A DNA stretch of 64,000 nt from Octopus vulgaris (lineage: Eukaryota): the NCBI GenBank assembly GCA_951406725.2, contig OX597828.1, positions 66,030,001 through 66,094,000 on the forward strand. The letters are read 5' to 3'. A program made the translations under genes and the position numbers. The notes under the pieces are model-generated. The model worked only from the letters and a program-made list of their open reading frames with translations, was not told the DNA's origin and did no database searches. Shown here one piece after another: positions 23,925 through 38,286 of the stretch. Position 1 is the first letter of the stretch. Each line of letters starts with the position of its first letter.

Positions 23925-25330
23925 GGTTATATTACTGAATTGACGGTGTCTTGTGTAGAATGGTTTCTTGCTGTTTCTAGCAGGGCTATTTTTTGGACAG
24001 TGTGTGTAGTGTTAAGGATCCAGGTATAGCTTATATGTTTTTTTTTTATCATGCTCAGTACTGCAATTATTATTGGTATTATTTTCACCTTCATGTCCCA
24101 TATCTTGAATGCTTCAATTTCGACGTCTTTGTACTTTGACAATTTCTCCACTTCTTTTCGGACAATATTTTGGTCAGAAGGGATTGCAATGTCTATCAAT
24201 AACCAGGAAGTTCTTTTTTTTTGTCAATTCTTGATTATTTCTTCTTTGTCAGTTTGAACAGGCTTATGCCAGAAGACTGTGGCCTCGTCATTGTCTTGTA
24301 CCTTGTTTGGCACATGTTTATACCATTTATTGTCAGTCTTTAAGTTGTAGTGTTGGCATATTGTCCAGTGGATATAACTACTTACTTGGTTGTGTCTGTA
24401 TATATATTTAGATTTGGTCAGGACTGGACAACCAGAAATGATGCGGTCAATTGTCTCATTGTACTAGTTTCACATTTTGCAATCGGTGTTAGGACTTGTT
24501 TTCATTATTTTGCTTTTCATGTTTGTTTTTCTCCTCTGACAGTCCTCTGCAATGGATTGGTTGACCAGAAGTTGCTCCTTACAACCATACATCCCTCTCT
24601 GGCACCCCTTTTGATCTTCTGGTAAAACATTGTTGTTTTCCAACCCAGTTATAGATGACTGATGTGTGTTTCGTAGGATGTTGATAGACATGTTATCGGC
24701 CTATAATTTTGTGGTTGTGTGGTGTCTTTATTTTGGGGAATTATGGTGGTTTGTTCTTCCAGCATCCAGTTCGGTGTTGATTCTGGCTTGCTTATTAAAA
24801 AATTAAATGTTGCTGCTATGTGGGTATGGGTACTGATGAGGTGTTTCAACCAGAGGGTGGGGACCTTGTCTGTCCCTGGAGTTTTTCAGTTGCTCGTATT
24901 CCTCAGTGTGACTGTGATCTCTTGGCCTGTGGCGGTGGGCCATACCTATGTTGCTATTTTGTTCCTCCTTTCTTTTCTGGTTCCCTATTTACCCACCGAG
25001 AATTTTTGCTGTGTTATTTTTTCTTTGTTTTCTTCCTTATCCCTTCCCAGTAAAACTAAATTGCTGACGTTGTTGGTATGTCATCTCTTGATATGGTATA
25101 TTGCTTAACTTTATGTAAAGTCTTCTCATGTTTATTTTGAATTCTCTATTTTCTTGGAAGAAGTGTTTCCCATTTTACATACTGCTGTATGAGGCAATTT
25201 TTTGCTGCTATGTCCTGCTTAATTTTTTTCTTTTACCTCTCAGGTATCTTCTTTATTTTTTATGTTGTATTGTTTTGTCATATGGACATTTTTATTTTTC
25301 ATATTCGATCCCACTTTCTCTAGTTCACAA
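23925..25330 (-). mobile_element. Internally deleted RLE-type non-LTR retrotransposon
   Basis: QNYRPITCL, QKGCQRGMYGCKEQLL, then a jump to the zinc knuckle and IDIAIPSDQNIVRKEVEKLSKYKD; RT core missing. Confidence 0.8.
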
Positions 25331-27186
25331 AGAAGTGATATTATTATAATTGTTGTTGTTGTTAACTGGCAGAATCATTAGCACACTGGATGAAATGCTT
25401 AATGGTATTTTGCCCGTTGCTATGTTCTGTGTTCAAATTCCACCAAGGTCAACTTTGCTTTTCATCCTGTCAATAAAATAAGTACCAGCTGAGTACTGGG
25501 GTTGATGTGATTGATTTACCTCCCACCCTGGAAATTTCAGGCTTTGTGCCTATAATAGAAAGGATTATTATTATTATTATTTACCTTTCATCCCTTAGGG
25601 ATTGATATAATAAGTACCAGTTGAACACTGGGGTCAATGTTATCAACTCATCACCTCTCCCAAAGTTGCTGCCCTTGTGGCAAAATTTGAAATCATCATC
25701 ATCATCATTATGATGGAACTTCTCCACTGCGGCTCAAGGATTGAGACGTGCAGTTTTGATGAGGCTGGTTGCAGGAAGCTGTCGGAGTCTATCCGCCTTT
25801 GTCACACCTGCCTGCCAGGCGTTGCCCTCTTCCACCGGAGTCAATCCTTGGGGGGCTTAAGATAGCCCTCCTCCTCTTGCTCCGCCGTTGGGGGTCTTGA
25901 TGTTGGTGTTTGGTCGTATTTAGTCTGAGACCTCATCTTCAACCTTGCCGCCATGGATGGCCCTACCAGGAGTCTAAGACTCCAGGCGCCATCGCTCTCG
26001 GAATCATTGGAACACACAAGATCTTCCACCACGGCAAGGGACAACCATCGGAAGAGATATTGCATGTACATTATAGTGATTAAGCTATTTCTTAAAACCA
26101 TATCCAGAGTTGCTCCCCTTGCTCATTTAAAAAAAATGTTATTCATTGACTATTGTTTTTCTTATTTTCTACATAATTATTTTGAGTTATATTTAATACT
26201 CCCTTACTTTCAAAATGTTAACACTAACTAAATTATATTATCGGATTAGTCTACTAAATATTTCATAATTTATTGGGAATTTTTAGATCCAGGAGAACAT
26301 AATTATTTACATTAGAGATTTTATTTTCCCAGGCAAGGCAGTAGAAAACATTCCCATTAGACTGTCACAATTTTTGACCATTATATTTGACATTTAGGTT
26401 ATCTCATTTCAGTTATCAACCTGTTTAGTGATAAAAAGATTTTTTTTTTTATTTTTCAGCTTATAATCGGCAGAAAAAAATTGATCTTTTTATCATCAGT
26501 ATCATAAGAATTTCTATTAAATCAACATTTATAATAAGTCGACAGAATTGAATGATATTTTAAATAGATATCTATTAACTGTTGCTGAAATTTTCAAATA
26601 CTTCTTTTATTTGATAAAACGAAAGAATCCATTGTTATTATTAGAGGGACACACAAACAAACAAGTTTGACTAACTGTTGCACTCAAATGTTTTGTTGGT
26701 TTTGGTGTTGTCTTACATCAGCCAGTCATTATATGCAAGATCATGTTAAAGCAATGATAAACACACAACAAAAGTTCAAGCGTGATTCAGGAAATATAAT
26801 TGTTGTAAAATTTAACATTGCCTATATTGGAATCTATACAATATACAGCCTTTTATAACTATCTTAGCTGGAGGGAAATCTATTGTAACTACTTTGAGAA
26901 TATTCTCTGCTATTGGCCTTCTGACCTCGTTTTCTTCTTTCCTTTTCTTTTCTTTTCTTTTCTTCTATTTAAATAAAAGCTACTGACAGATTTCCAAGCA
27001 GTTTTAAATCTCTGCAACCTAGGCCATTTATTGTATGTATTCTGTTTTTTCTATTATTTTCTTTTTCTTTTCTTTTTCCCTGCACTTTAGTTGCTACAAT
27101 ACAACAGAGGTATTTAGATATAAATAAACATATAAAGAAATGTTTGATTCACAGCTGGGTGTTAAGATATGTATCGGTAGCAACTG

Positions 27187-27248
27187 AATCATTTCTGGAT
27201 ATACTGAAAGCAATTTGCAAATTGCTTTCAGTATATCCAGAAATGATT
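27187..27248. repeat. Perfect 62-bp palindrome with no spacer
   Basis: AATCATTTCTGGATATACTGAAAGCAATTTG|CAAATTGCTTTCAGTATATCCAGAAATGATT. Confidence 0.95.
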
Positions 27249-28419
27249 GCTAAACTTACTACAGATTTTATTCAATTATTACATAATTACACAACTGCAA
27301 TGAGTTGGGGGGAAAAAACCCATAAAAGCCTGTATTATGGATGACAGCTTGTTTCTATTTGAAGTCTCTTGTCCAGTCCTTGGTAGTTTACCACTAAATG
27401 TGTGCAAGGAGGGGGTCCAAAGTTTGTGCAAAAAGGTTTTGTGTGTGTGTGTGTAAAAGCTAAGTCTTAGCAAAATTGTTTTGTTGCTGACAGAAGGAAA
27501 CAGGCTAAATGTGACAAAAGGAACTGTTTGAAAGTAACAGAAGGAATTGACTGGTTTTTTTATCATTTTATCATTTTTTTTTTATAGGTATTGCAAAAAG
27601 ATACCTGTGTTAAAGCCAAACTAGGTCACTGAAATTAAACTGAAAGGGGCTTGTATCTAGATTCTCCGTAGCTTTACCTAGGATGATGACAAATTCAACA
27701 TGTTAAAAAATGGATTTAAGTGCACAATTAGGGAACAATGGAAATGAACATGAAAACTCAGGTTGCAATCCTTGGTCACAAATCATCATCATCATCATCA
27801 TCATCGTTTAACGTCCGTTTTCCATGCTAGCATGGGTTGGACGATTTGACTGAGGTCTGGCGAACCAGATGGCTGCACCAGGCTCCAATCTGATCTGGCA
27901 GAGTTTCTACAGCTGGATGCCCTTCCTAATGCCAACCACTCCAAGAGTGTAGTGGGTACTTTTATGTGCAATTGGCACGAGGGCCAGTCAGGCAGTACTG
28001 GCAATGGCCACGCTCAAATGGTGCTTTTTATGTGCCACCTGCACAGGAGCCAGTCTAGCACATTACCTTTTTAATATTATAACATGCCTTGTTATTATCA
28101 TTATTGCTGTTGGTGTTACTATAGCAAGAAGGCCACTACTAACACTATGCCTTTCTCAAATTCAATAAAATTCATAGGACTATCGGATTTACAGGGAGAA
28201 CAATTGAGAGAATCCAGAGACTTCATGTAAAAAGATGTGAAAGTTGCATCAGTCCTATTCCTGATGCAAGGACACAGAGAAAGGCTAACTGGTGCCCTGA
28301 TGGAAAAGTGACTGAAGGCAGTGTGGAATGAGAAATCCATTGTCAATTACGTAAGGTTCCTTGCTGATGGTGAGGCAACCATCCTAGTCAGGTATAAGGA
28401 GTTCATCTTCATTTCCTAG

Positions 28420-28805
28420 TGGGAAGCACTTCGTCGGTTACGACAACGAGGGTTCTGGTTGATCCGAATCAACAGAACAGCCTGCTCGTGAAATTAACGT
28501 GTAAGTGGCTGAGCACTCCACAGACACGTGTACCCTTAACGTAGTTCTCGGGGATATTCAGCGTGTCACAGAGAGTAACAAGGCCGGCCCTTTGAAATAC
28601 AGGTACAACAGAAACAGGAAGTAAGAATGAGAGAAAGTTGTGGTGAAAGAGTACAGCAGGGATCACCACCATCCCCTGCCGGAGCCTCGTGGAGCTTTAG
28701 GTGTTTTCACTCAATAAACACTCACAACGCCCGGTCTGGGAATCGAAACCGCGATCCTATGACCGCGAGTCCGCTGCCCTAACCACTGGGCCATTGCGCC
28801 TCCAC
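28420..28805 (-). mobile_element. tRNA-derived SINE (GGAGGCGCAATGGCCCAGTGG family)
   Basis: A box TGGCCCAGTGG and B box GTTTCGATTCCC; copies at 44035-44415 (-), 62010-62370 (+) and 62650-62948 (-). Confidence 0.85.
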
Positions 28806-31800
28806 TATTTCCTAGTACATGAGTTTATGAGTGGTGGTGGTGGTGGTAGATGTGCTGCTAGAAATAACCATGGTGGGCTGAGTAGCAATTTTTAGCCAAG
28901 AAACAGGATAACTTGGATGAATACAAATTGGCGAGTCAACTGGTAAGAGATGGAGCTGCTGATTCAAATGAAAACAAAAAGAACCAAAAAGCTTCTCTGA
29001 TGTAATTGAGCTGCCAAATAATACATAGTTGTTTGTAATGGTGGAAAAGAGAAGAGCCAGTGGAAGTTGGGTCTTCTCTCTGTTGTCAACCACCTACAGG
29101 TTTTTTGGTCATAGCTGAGGGACACCATGCTGCTGCCAGCCCCATATCACCATAGCAACAACACCCAACTTCCTACGCAACCGCTAAGCCTGGATGCGCA
29201 TTCATCCATCCGTCGATGCTCTCGGTGTCAGTGGTTGACCTGCTTTCTCTTCTGCCGGTCTTACGAATAGCAAAGGACCACATTTCGGACTTCTCCCACT
29301 ACAGAGGCGCGATCTTGCGAGCTCTGGGACGAAGACCGCTACGCAGCAGCATAGCAACAACAATAAAAACACTAATATTTGCAGTAGCAGCAACAGTGAT
29401 CACATAAGCAGTAAGAGTCACCGCAACCAAGTCTTCCAGCCATGCCCCACTCACCTTTGGCAGCTGGTTTCAGTCCAATTTTCAGAGACTAGGTGATTTA
29501 ATAAAGTGTGACATCTCTTTGGTGGCCAAACAAAATGGCCACCTGTTGAAACCATTTTGAATCACACACTCAGACTGCTTGTCTGTCATGTCTTGCCCCG
29601 TTCTCATCTGACCAGACTGGAGCATCTGCCTTTTCACTTCTTACAAGAGGGATGTGTTTCACTTGCAAGGCATTCCATCAGCTGCCAACATTTTCTGTGC
29701 AGTGGCTTCACAGAGCAATCTATATAGAGGATGTTTGTAGCTGATAAGAGATCAACAGTGGAACAAATGCAAGCACAGTCACCACATGGTAAGATAAAGG
29801 AAAGGTGGTGAGCTGGCAGAAACATTAGTTCGCTGGGCAAAATGCGTAGCCATATTTCGTCTGCCATCATTTTCTGAGTTCAAATTCCGCCAAGGTCAAC
29901 TTTGCCTTTCATCCTTTCAGGGTCGATCAAATAAGTACCAGTTACACACTGAGGTCGATATAATCAACTTAATCCGTTTGTCCTTGTTTGTCTTCTCTGT
30001 GTTTAGCGCCTTGTGGGTAGTAAAGAAATAGGTAAGATAAAGGAAAGCCTATTATTATTTTGTGAAGGAACTTTTTCCATGTTGCTTGACAGAAGTGAAA
30101 GAAATAAAACCCGACACTAATATTAACACCAAGTAAGGCAGTGAGCTGGAAGAATTGTTAGCATGCTAGACAAAATGCTTAGTGGCATTTTGTCCATCTT
30201 GACATTCTGAATTCAAATTCTGCAGAGGTCAACTTTACCTTTCATCCCCTTGGGGTCAATAAAATAAGTACCAGTTGAGTACTGGAGTCAAGGTAATCGA
30301 CTTAACTCCTCCTCTGAAACTGCTGGTCTTGTGCCAAAATTTGAAATCAATATTAGCTCCAAGTATAAGAAGGAAAGAATTATTGACTGGCTTCTGTGCC
30401 GGTGGCAGATGACCTGCTGTGCTTGAGGAGACCTATTGAGTCAAGTACATCAACATCAAAATAAATATCAAATGGAAATTGTAGTTGTGATACCTGTGCC
30501 GGTGGTACTTAAAAAGCACCATTCGAACATGGTCGAGGCCAGCGCTGCCTTGACTGGCTTCTGTGCCAGGGGCACGTAAAAAGCACAAACCGATCGTGGC
30601 CACTGCCAGCCTCCCCTGGCACCTATGCCAGTGGCACATAAAAAGCACCCACTACATTCATGGAGTGGTTGGCGTTAGGAAGGGCATCCAGCTGTAGAAA
30701 CACTGCCAGATCAGACTGGAGCCTGGCTTCTCAGACCCCAGTCGAACCGTCCAACCCGTGCTAGCACGGAAAACGAACGTTGAATGATGATGATGATGAA
30801 ATCAAAATTGTACAGATAATCAGTGGTAATCCAGATTATGATAATGAAAAATCTCAAAATCTTCCAGAACAGTCGACTGTTTGTCTATTTTACCAGGCAT
30901 AAATCATCATCATCATCATCATCGACATTTAATGTCCATTTTCCATGCTGATACAGGTTGGTCAAGAGCCACCAAGGCCAGGAGCTGCACGAGTTTCCAT
31001 TGTCTGTTCTGGCTTGATTTCTACAGTTGGATACCCTTCCTAATGCCAATCACTTTAGAGTGTACCTGTTGCATTTTACATGGCACTAGCACCAACACCA
31101 ATGCTTCTCATGTGACACCTTGGTTGTCCCAAGAAGGAAGGTATGCACAGGGACACATCACAAGTAGAGTTATGTGTCCCTGTGCATACCTTCCTTCTTG
31201 GGACACATAACTCTACTTGTGAAGACCTGTTGAGGCAAGTGAAAATCAAAAAAAATCAAAAAATCAAATCAAAATCGAAATCAATCAACATCAATGGAAT
31301 TTGTAGTTATGGTACCAGTGCCGGTGGCACATAAGAGAACCATCCAAACGTGGCCGTAGCCAGTACCGCATTGACTGGCCTCCGTGCTGGTGGCACATAA
31401 CAAACACCATCCGATCGTGGCCGTTGCCAGCCTCGCCTGGACTCCGTGCCGGTGGCACGTAAAAAGCACCATCCGAGCATGGCCGTTTGCCAGCCTTGTC
31501 TGGCACTTGTGTCGGTGGCACATAAAAAGCACCCACTACACTCACGGAGTGGTTGGCGTTAGGAAGGGCATCCAGCTGTAGAAACACTGTCAGATCTGAC
31601 TGGCCTGGTGCAGCCTTCGGGCTTCCCAGACCCCAGTTAAACCGTCCAACCCATGCTAGCATGGAAAGCGGATGTTAAACGATGATGATGATGATGATGA
31701 ATTCTGTTGTGGTGGGCAGGTCTTCTTTAGTATAATTTGCACCACCATATCTTGGTCGTCAGTCATGTCCTTCATAAGGGCCAGCATTTTGAAATTGGCC

Positions 31801-31857
31801 TTCAATGCTTCATCCCATGTCTTCCTGGGTCCCCTTCTTCCGCAACTTCCCTCCATT

Positions 31858-32087
31858 TTAACCCTTTAGTATTCAGATTATTTTGTCAAGTGTAATGCTT
31901 ATATATTTATGTTGATTTAAATAACTCATGCATTATCTTGTAGCTTAGAGATTTTGATGATTGTTATTGTTTATTTTTAGCATGGCATTGTAGGATTAGT
32001 GTAAGAGGCTGGATCCTGTCAGTTTGAATGTAAGACAAGTAGAATATTTTGGGCCAGATATGGCCGGTTTAAATGCCAAAGGGTTAA
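31858..32087. mobile_element. piggyBac-like MITE nested in an RTE fragment
   Basis: TTAA-CCCTTT...AAAGGG-TTAA; same family at 50038-50234 and 60471-60690. Confidence 0.75.
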
Positions 32088-33635
32088 GTGATCAGCACTT
32101 CTTTATGCAACTGTCCTCATCCATCTGCATCACATGACCATAAATTTGTAGAGTATTTGTCTGAGAATGGTTTTAATTTAAATGATGACTGTTTGCATAA
32201 TTACACATTAAGAATAAAAAATTTAAACAACTAAATTTAAAATTTTCAGGAATTGGAATTGTATAATAATAATAATAATAATAATAATAATGCTTTCATT
32301 ATCGAAAAAACATTACTCTCATTATTCCATTTGAGTATAATGGCAAAATTGTCAGAGAATGAGACAAAATATCTTATGGTATTTCTTCTGAGGCAAAGTC
32401 GACCTCGGCGGAATTTGAACTCAGAACATAGCGGCAGACGAAATACGGCTGGGCGAAATGCTTAGCCATATTTCATCTGCCGCTACATTCTGAGTTCAAA
32501 TTCCGCAGAGGTCGACTTTGCTTTTCATCCTTTTGGGGTTGATTAAATAAGTACCAGTTACACACTGGAGTCGACATAATTGACTTAATCCATTTGTCTG
32601 TCCTCTCTGTGTTTAGCCCCTTGTGGGTAGTAAAGAAATAGGTATTTCCTCTGAGTCTAAATCCCACTGAGATCAACTTTACTGGTCATTCTTCCAGGCT
32701 GATAAAATAAAGAACTGGTTGAGTACGAGGGCTGTGGAAATTGACTATATTTTTGCCCTCAAATTTGAAACATTGTATGTGTGTATTAGAAACAATATTT
32801 TTGCTCGGATATTCTACATCTTCTTAGCCAAGCTCATACTGATTCTCCTACGACTTCTATCAGCAACGCAGTAGTTAGGCCATCGGTATCACTTCTAGTA
32901 TCATCATAGAAAATATTTTCTTTGCCCGACTCACTGCATCATAAGAAACAGTTTTAGATGCAACAGTGGAAACTTTTAGATTTTTTATTTATCTATTTTC
33001 CTTTTTATTGTGTCTGAGAAAAGTCATTCTATTTTAGTGCCTTATTATTTAATACACTCACTGGTAAAGTTTCCACCCACTTACTTATTTATTTTTACTA
33101 AAATTTACGTTGCGTCTTGCAACCTTTTCAATAGTCAGTGATTCTGTCCATTACCGGAACTGCGTTCTTTTTGTTTTTGTTTGTTTGTACACATGCATGT
33201 GCATACATGTGTATGTGTGTATGCACATATGTATGAATGTGCACACGTTTGTATGTATGTACTCTGCATGTATGTGTGTATGCGTATATATATGTATGCA
33301 TGCACATTTGTATGTATGTATTCTGCATATCCATGTACTTGTGTGTTTGCGTTTGTATTTATTTGTGTGTGTACCTCTGTCTCCTTGTGTGTGTCTTTAT
33401 CGATTTGTGTGACTATATAAACTGTGGGTATTGGGGTATGACACCTTCTATGTATATCTCCTATTCAGTACTGGGGATGTTTCATTAATGGGGACATACT
33501 CTTGTACTTGTCTGAGTGTTGGGTCCTTCAGGTGTTTGGATAAAATGCGTATGTCAAGTTGACCCCAGTGTGCCTCCATGTTGGTAGAGTATACATCTGT
33601 CCTTGTTCTTTACTTTTTCTAATGTCCAGGTTATA

Positions 33636-34048
33636 TCTCTATATATATATAAACGGGAAAATGTCTGTCAGTGTGCGTTGCCTTTATACAAATCCACAAT
33701 TTTTCAGTTAGAGGGCTCGCACTTTCTATGGTCATTCAAAACCGTCCAAGGGTGGTCGTGCATATCTTTACATTTCCCCAGTCACCCCGCAAAGCCATTA
33801 AAAAATCAATAGAAGTGACTTTTTGTGAATTTTCTATCCAAAACCCAATGAAAATACCCGAAACTTGATACGCCAATTGAATGCCAGCTAGATGTATGTG
33901 ACTGGTCGGAGATTTGGACGGTACTTGTGTGTATGTGCGCACGCATTTTGATTGGGTTTTGGATAGAAAATTCACAAAAAAGTCACTTCTATTGATTTTT
34001 TAATGGCTTTGCGGGGTGACTGGGGAGATGTAAAGAGGTGCACGACCA
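33636..34048 (+). mobile_element. Helitron-like copy with an inverted internal duplication replacing the 3' end
   Basis: Matches 914-1240; 33947-34048 is the reverse complement of about 33750-33850. Confidence 0.75.
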
Positions 34049-37000
34049 TCTCACTGATGTAAGGGGATTTACTCTCAGTTTGAAGAGACACACAAGGTTG
34101 AAACACTGCAGTGTCTCAAAGTCCCTTTACACCAATGAATTACATATGTTACCTACATTGGGAGATGTTTTCTGATGATAAGAAACAACAGTAATCAGAT
34201 TTTTACATTGGAATCTGTCAGAACATCATCATCATTTAACGTCCACTTTCCATGCTAGCATGGGTTGGACGATTTTGACTGAGGGCTGGCGAACCAAACT
34301 CCAGTCTGATCTGGCAGTGTTTCTACAGCTGGATGCCCTTCCTAACGCCAACCACTCCGAGAGTGTAGTGGGTGCTTTTACATGCCACTGGCATGAGGGC
34401 CAGTTTGGTGGAACTGGCAACGGCCACACCCAAATAGTGCTTTTTATGTGCCACCTGCACAGGAGCCAGTCCAGCAGCACTGGCGACGACCTCGCTTGAA
34501 TGTTTCATGTGCCACCAGCACAAGTGCTTGTAAGGTGACACGGTAATGATCACGCTCAAATGGTGTGTTTAACGTGCCATCGGCACGAAGGCCAGCTTGT
34601 TGCTCTGGCAACGATCTCACTCGTATGGTACTCTTAGCGCTCCACTAGCAACGGATGCCAGTCACTGAGTTTGACTTCGACTTTGATTTCAATCATATTG
34701 AGAATTAATAGATATTGTTTGGATTCTTGCAGTTCTGCATGCACCTCTTGAATGATCAATTTGACAGACATCAGCAAATAATTTGTTTGTTAATTTATTT
34801 AAACCAGAACCTGTATTCTTGTTAGATTCACCAGAGTGGGATACTTTTGACTGAGGAGACACAATAAGGTTGAAATGCCACTGTGTTTCAAAGTCCCCTA
34901 ACACTGGTGAATCATGTGTTATAAACTCACATCATCTAAAGAGAAGATATATTGTCTGATGGTGAAAAACAACAGTGATCAAATATTCATGTTCAAATTT
35001 GCCAGAATGTATTGAGAATGAATAGATAATATTACTGAAATATACCTTACTCAGTGCAAATTGGAATGCTTGTGTCAGAATTTGAACTCATGACCTTTGT
35101 GTAATTAATTATTGTACCTTATATATATATATATATATATATCAATAAATTTCAAAATTACATTCAACAAGATAAAAAAATAACACAAAAATTGTAGTTT
35201 TTCATATAAAAATTTTTATTTGTGTTTGAAAACCACCCAGAACCATGAATGTAGTTTTAGTCAAAGCATTTAAAAACATTTTAGAACAAGTTTTATTGAA
35301 AACTTCTTGTGACAATCCAATAAGAAAAAAAAACTGATGAAAGCACAGCATAAGATAAAATATAAATAAGAGGTTGGCAAGAGGATTAATGTTTAATTCA
35401 ACTAAACAAAATATATGATAGACAATAAATATTTTTTCAAATGTTAGAAAGTGAATCTGAGGAGAAACCTAGCCAACTTACATTACATGTTCCTCACAAC
35501 TCTGGACAAATTGAAACCTCAAAACTGTTATGGCGATAGACATAACAGATTCTTTAAAAATTAAATTTAGCATTATAAATTATTCTGCCGTAATTTGATA
35601 TGTCAGGCTTCTATGGTTGGAAGACATTGAAAGACATTTTAAGGGATAGTTTTGTTCATTATGAACTGTCAATATAAAACAAATAAGTTAATGTTAGTGT
35701 ATAATTAAAGTAGTTATGAGGTGTTTGTAGAGAAGTAAATGTAACAAGCTGGGGTCAAGACACTGTGTCATAGATGTAAGAGAGAAGTCTAAACTAGACA
35801 CAAGGTTTTACATTTGGGAGAAGGGAAAGGTTAAGTTAGTTATTTTGACCTCAAAATGCTTCCTGAAGTTCATTTTATCAACCCCAAAATGATGAAAGGC
35901 CATTTGAAATCAGAATGTGATAAGGCAGAACTAAATACCACACAATATTTTATCTGTTGTTTTACTGATTCTGCTAAGTCACAGTCTAAGCATATTAAAA
36001 CTTGTCTAACCAGTTATGCTGCTTGGCTTTTCATTTTAATGCATTTAGAAAAACAATATAAATGCTTTGTTAAAAACAAAAATTATATTGAAGAATGAGT
36101 ACTGAAGCCCTTATATACTTTTTATTTGGATAGGCTTTATATTATAGCACAATATCTTTTTTCAAAATGGAAACTATATATTTCAAGTGGTTGTTGTCCC
36201 TTGTCCTAACAATCTATTTTTGTGTCTCTAATTTGGGAGAGTATTATATTACAGCAGATGTTGGTAGCATGTTTTCGTTTTATATCTTGTTATAGATATT
36301 GTGCTGTTATAATATGTTATCTAATATGCCTCTGTTGATGTAGTTTACAGGACTTGTTGATATCAAATTTTTGTAACACATCAATATCACATTGCTATTA
36401 CATTTGTTGATGTTACAGTCACTACACATGTCAATATCACGTTGTAATAACTTCTACAGCCTTTGTTGACATAAAAAATATCAAGTCACTATAGCACAAT
36501 ATGTATCAATATCAACATTGTTATGTGTTGATATTGCATTGTTGTGCACACACTGATTTCATATCGTTATAAACATGTGTCAGTATCATACTGCTGCTGC
36601 TATAGTACACCTTTATCACATTTTGACAAAACACTAAATAGTAACCCATCAACTTCTAAAAGTTTCACTGTTTCCTAGCATAACAAATTTGACAAGTTGT
36701 GGCGCACCTGAGCACTGTATACTATAATTTCATTATTATTATTATTATTATACCCTTCCATGCACACATGTATGTCATGACTCATACACTGTTCACTTTC
36801 CTAACTTTTCGACATAATTCTATGTACTGTACATGCACCTTTGATGAGTTGTAGTGCACCACCCAGTGTTTGGTTGTACACATGCATGTGCATACATGTG
36901 TATGTGTGTGTATGCACATATGTATGAATGTGCACACGTTTGTATGTATGTATGTACTCTATACACAATTTCATTATTCTCATAACAAATTTGAAAGAGA

Positions 37001-37351
37001 AACATCTTTTCCTTTTCTGACCACGTTCAAGATTTTTAGCCTAATGTTAGCTGCTGGCTACACCTTTCATTCACATATTAATTCTATTAGATTATATTTT
37101 CAATGCTATAATTACATTCATTTTTTAATCAGTCATTCTCACTGATTCTCACCTGGCATACTGGTTCCTTAAAACTTCAAATACATTTCGTTATTGTCTT
37201 TCCATCAGGTTCCCACACAACTTTTATACGGCATGGTTTTTATGTTGTTTGTTTCAGCTGTTTTTATTCATCTGCATTTCACCATTTTATAGTTTTCATA
37301 GAACTCATCCACAAATATGCCTACATATCATAGGAGGTGAATTGGTGGCCA

Positions 37352-37549
37352 TTAACCCTTTTGACACCAACCCCGGCTGAAACCGCTTCTGGTTTTGTTT
37401 TCAAAAGTTCTAAATTAAAATCTACTGAACATTAGTTACAATTTATGTTCCTAACGCTAGCGTAATTTACTAAATTCTTTGTTATATTTAAAACTAACTG
37501 AAAGAAACACAGAGCATCTCAATAGAAATATGATGATTAAAAGGGTTAA
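37352..37549. mobile_element. piggyBac-like MITE (second family)
   Basis: TTAA-CCCTTTT...AAAGGG-TTAA; related copies at 53354-53581 and 40785-41408 (the latter split by a SINE). Confidence 0.7.
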
Positions 37550-38147
37550 AACAGTATATTTGTTCTCCCTGTATGCTACAAGCTCTAATTGCATCAAGGT
37601 CGGCTTTATCTTTCATCCTTCTGGTAGTGTATAAAATAATGTTGTGACCCGAGGGGATTAATGGGATTGTAAAAGTGTTGGAAGAGAATGTGTGTTTCAG
37701 CTCTCTTGCATTCTTGAGAGGCAGACTGAATCTCAAATATTCATTTTAACAACCCCACAAGGTCTGCTTTTAACAAAGAGAGCTCTGTTCAACATTCATG
37801 CCAAGTCCCCAGTTTGAGGCTAACTTCCTATCTTTCATCTCCTGAAAATCAAGGGCCAAGACTAACTTCCTATCTTTCATCTCCTGAATAATCAAGGGTC
37901 AAGGGTGCAGCTTCTTCTTCTCTGACTAAATAGTATGAAAACATTTTTAAATGAAAAGAATTTACAAAAGATGGGCAATTTTTTAATTACTAATTTTTGT
38001 GCTAACATTTTTATACTCAAGTAAAAAGATGCTAGATTTTATAACATAATTAAGCAAATAAAAAAGAAACCAAATGTGAAATTGAGGGCTAATAAAGAAG
38101 TTTTCTTCAAAACGAATTCATGAAAGTACCAACAAAGACAAGAAAAT

Positions 38148-38181
38148 CTAAATGCTGCATTTTACTGTTTCTGTTGGTGCT
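38148..38181 (-). CDS. HMGCR: HMG-CoA reductase, probable terminal coding exon: (R)APTETVKCSI*
   Basis: Strong acceptor ttctttttttcttttctttttcag; phase 2 matches the previous exon; TAG at 38150-38148. Confidence 0.7.
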
Positions 38182-38286
38182 CTGAAAAAGAAAAGAAAAA
38201 AAGAACATTAACAGTATGTGTATGGGAGTTTAATATTTGGGTGTTAAAAGAAAAGCAACATTTAACATATTAAATCAACTTTCATA

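Noticed and set aside
25715-26050. GC-rich segment resembling a LINE 5' UTR, possible HDV-like ribozyme
   Set aside because: Could not build the nested double pseudoknot by eye; single copy in the window
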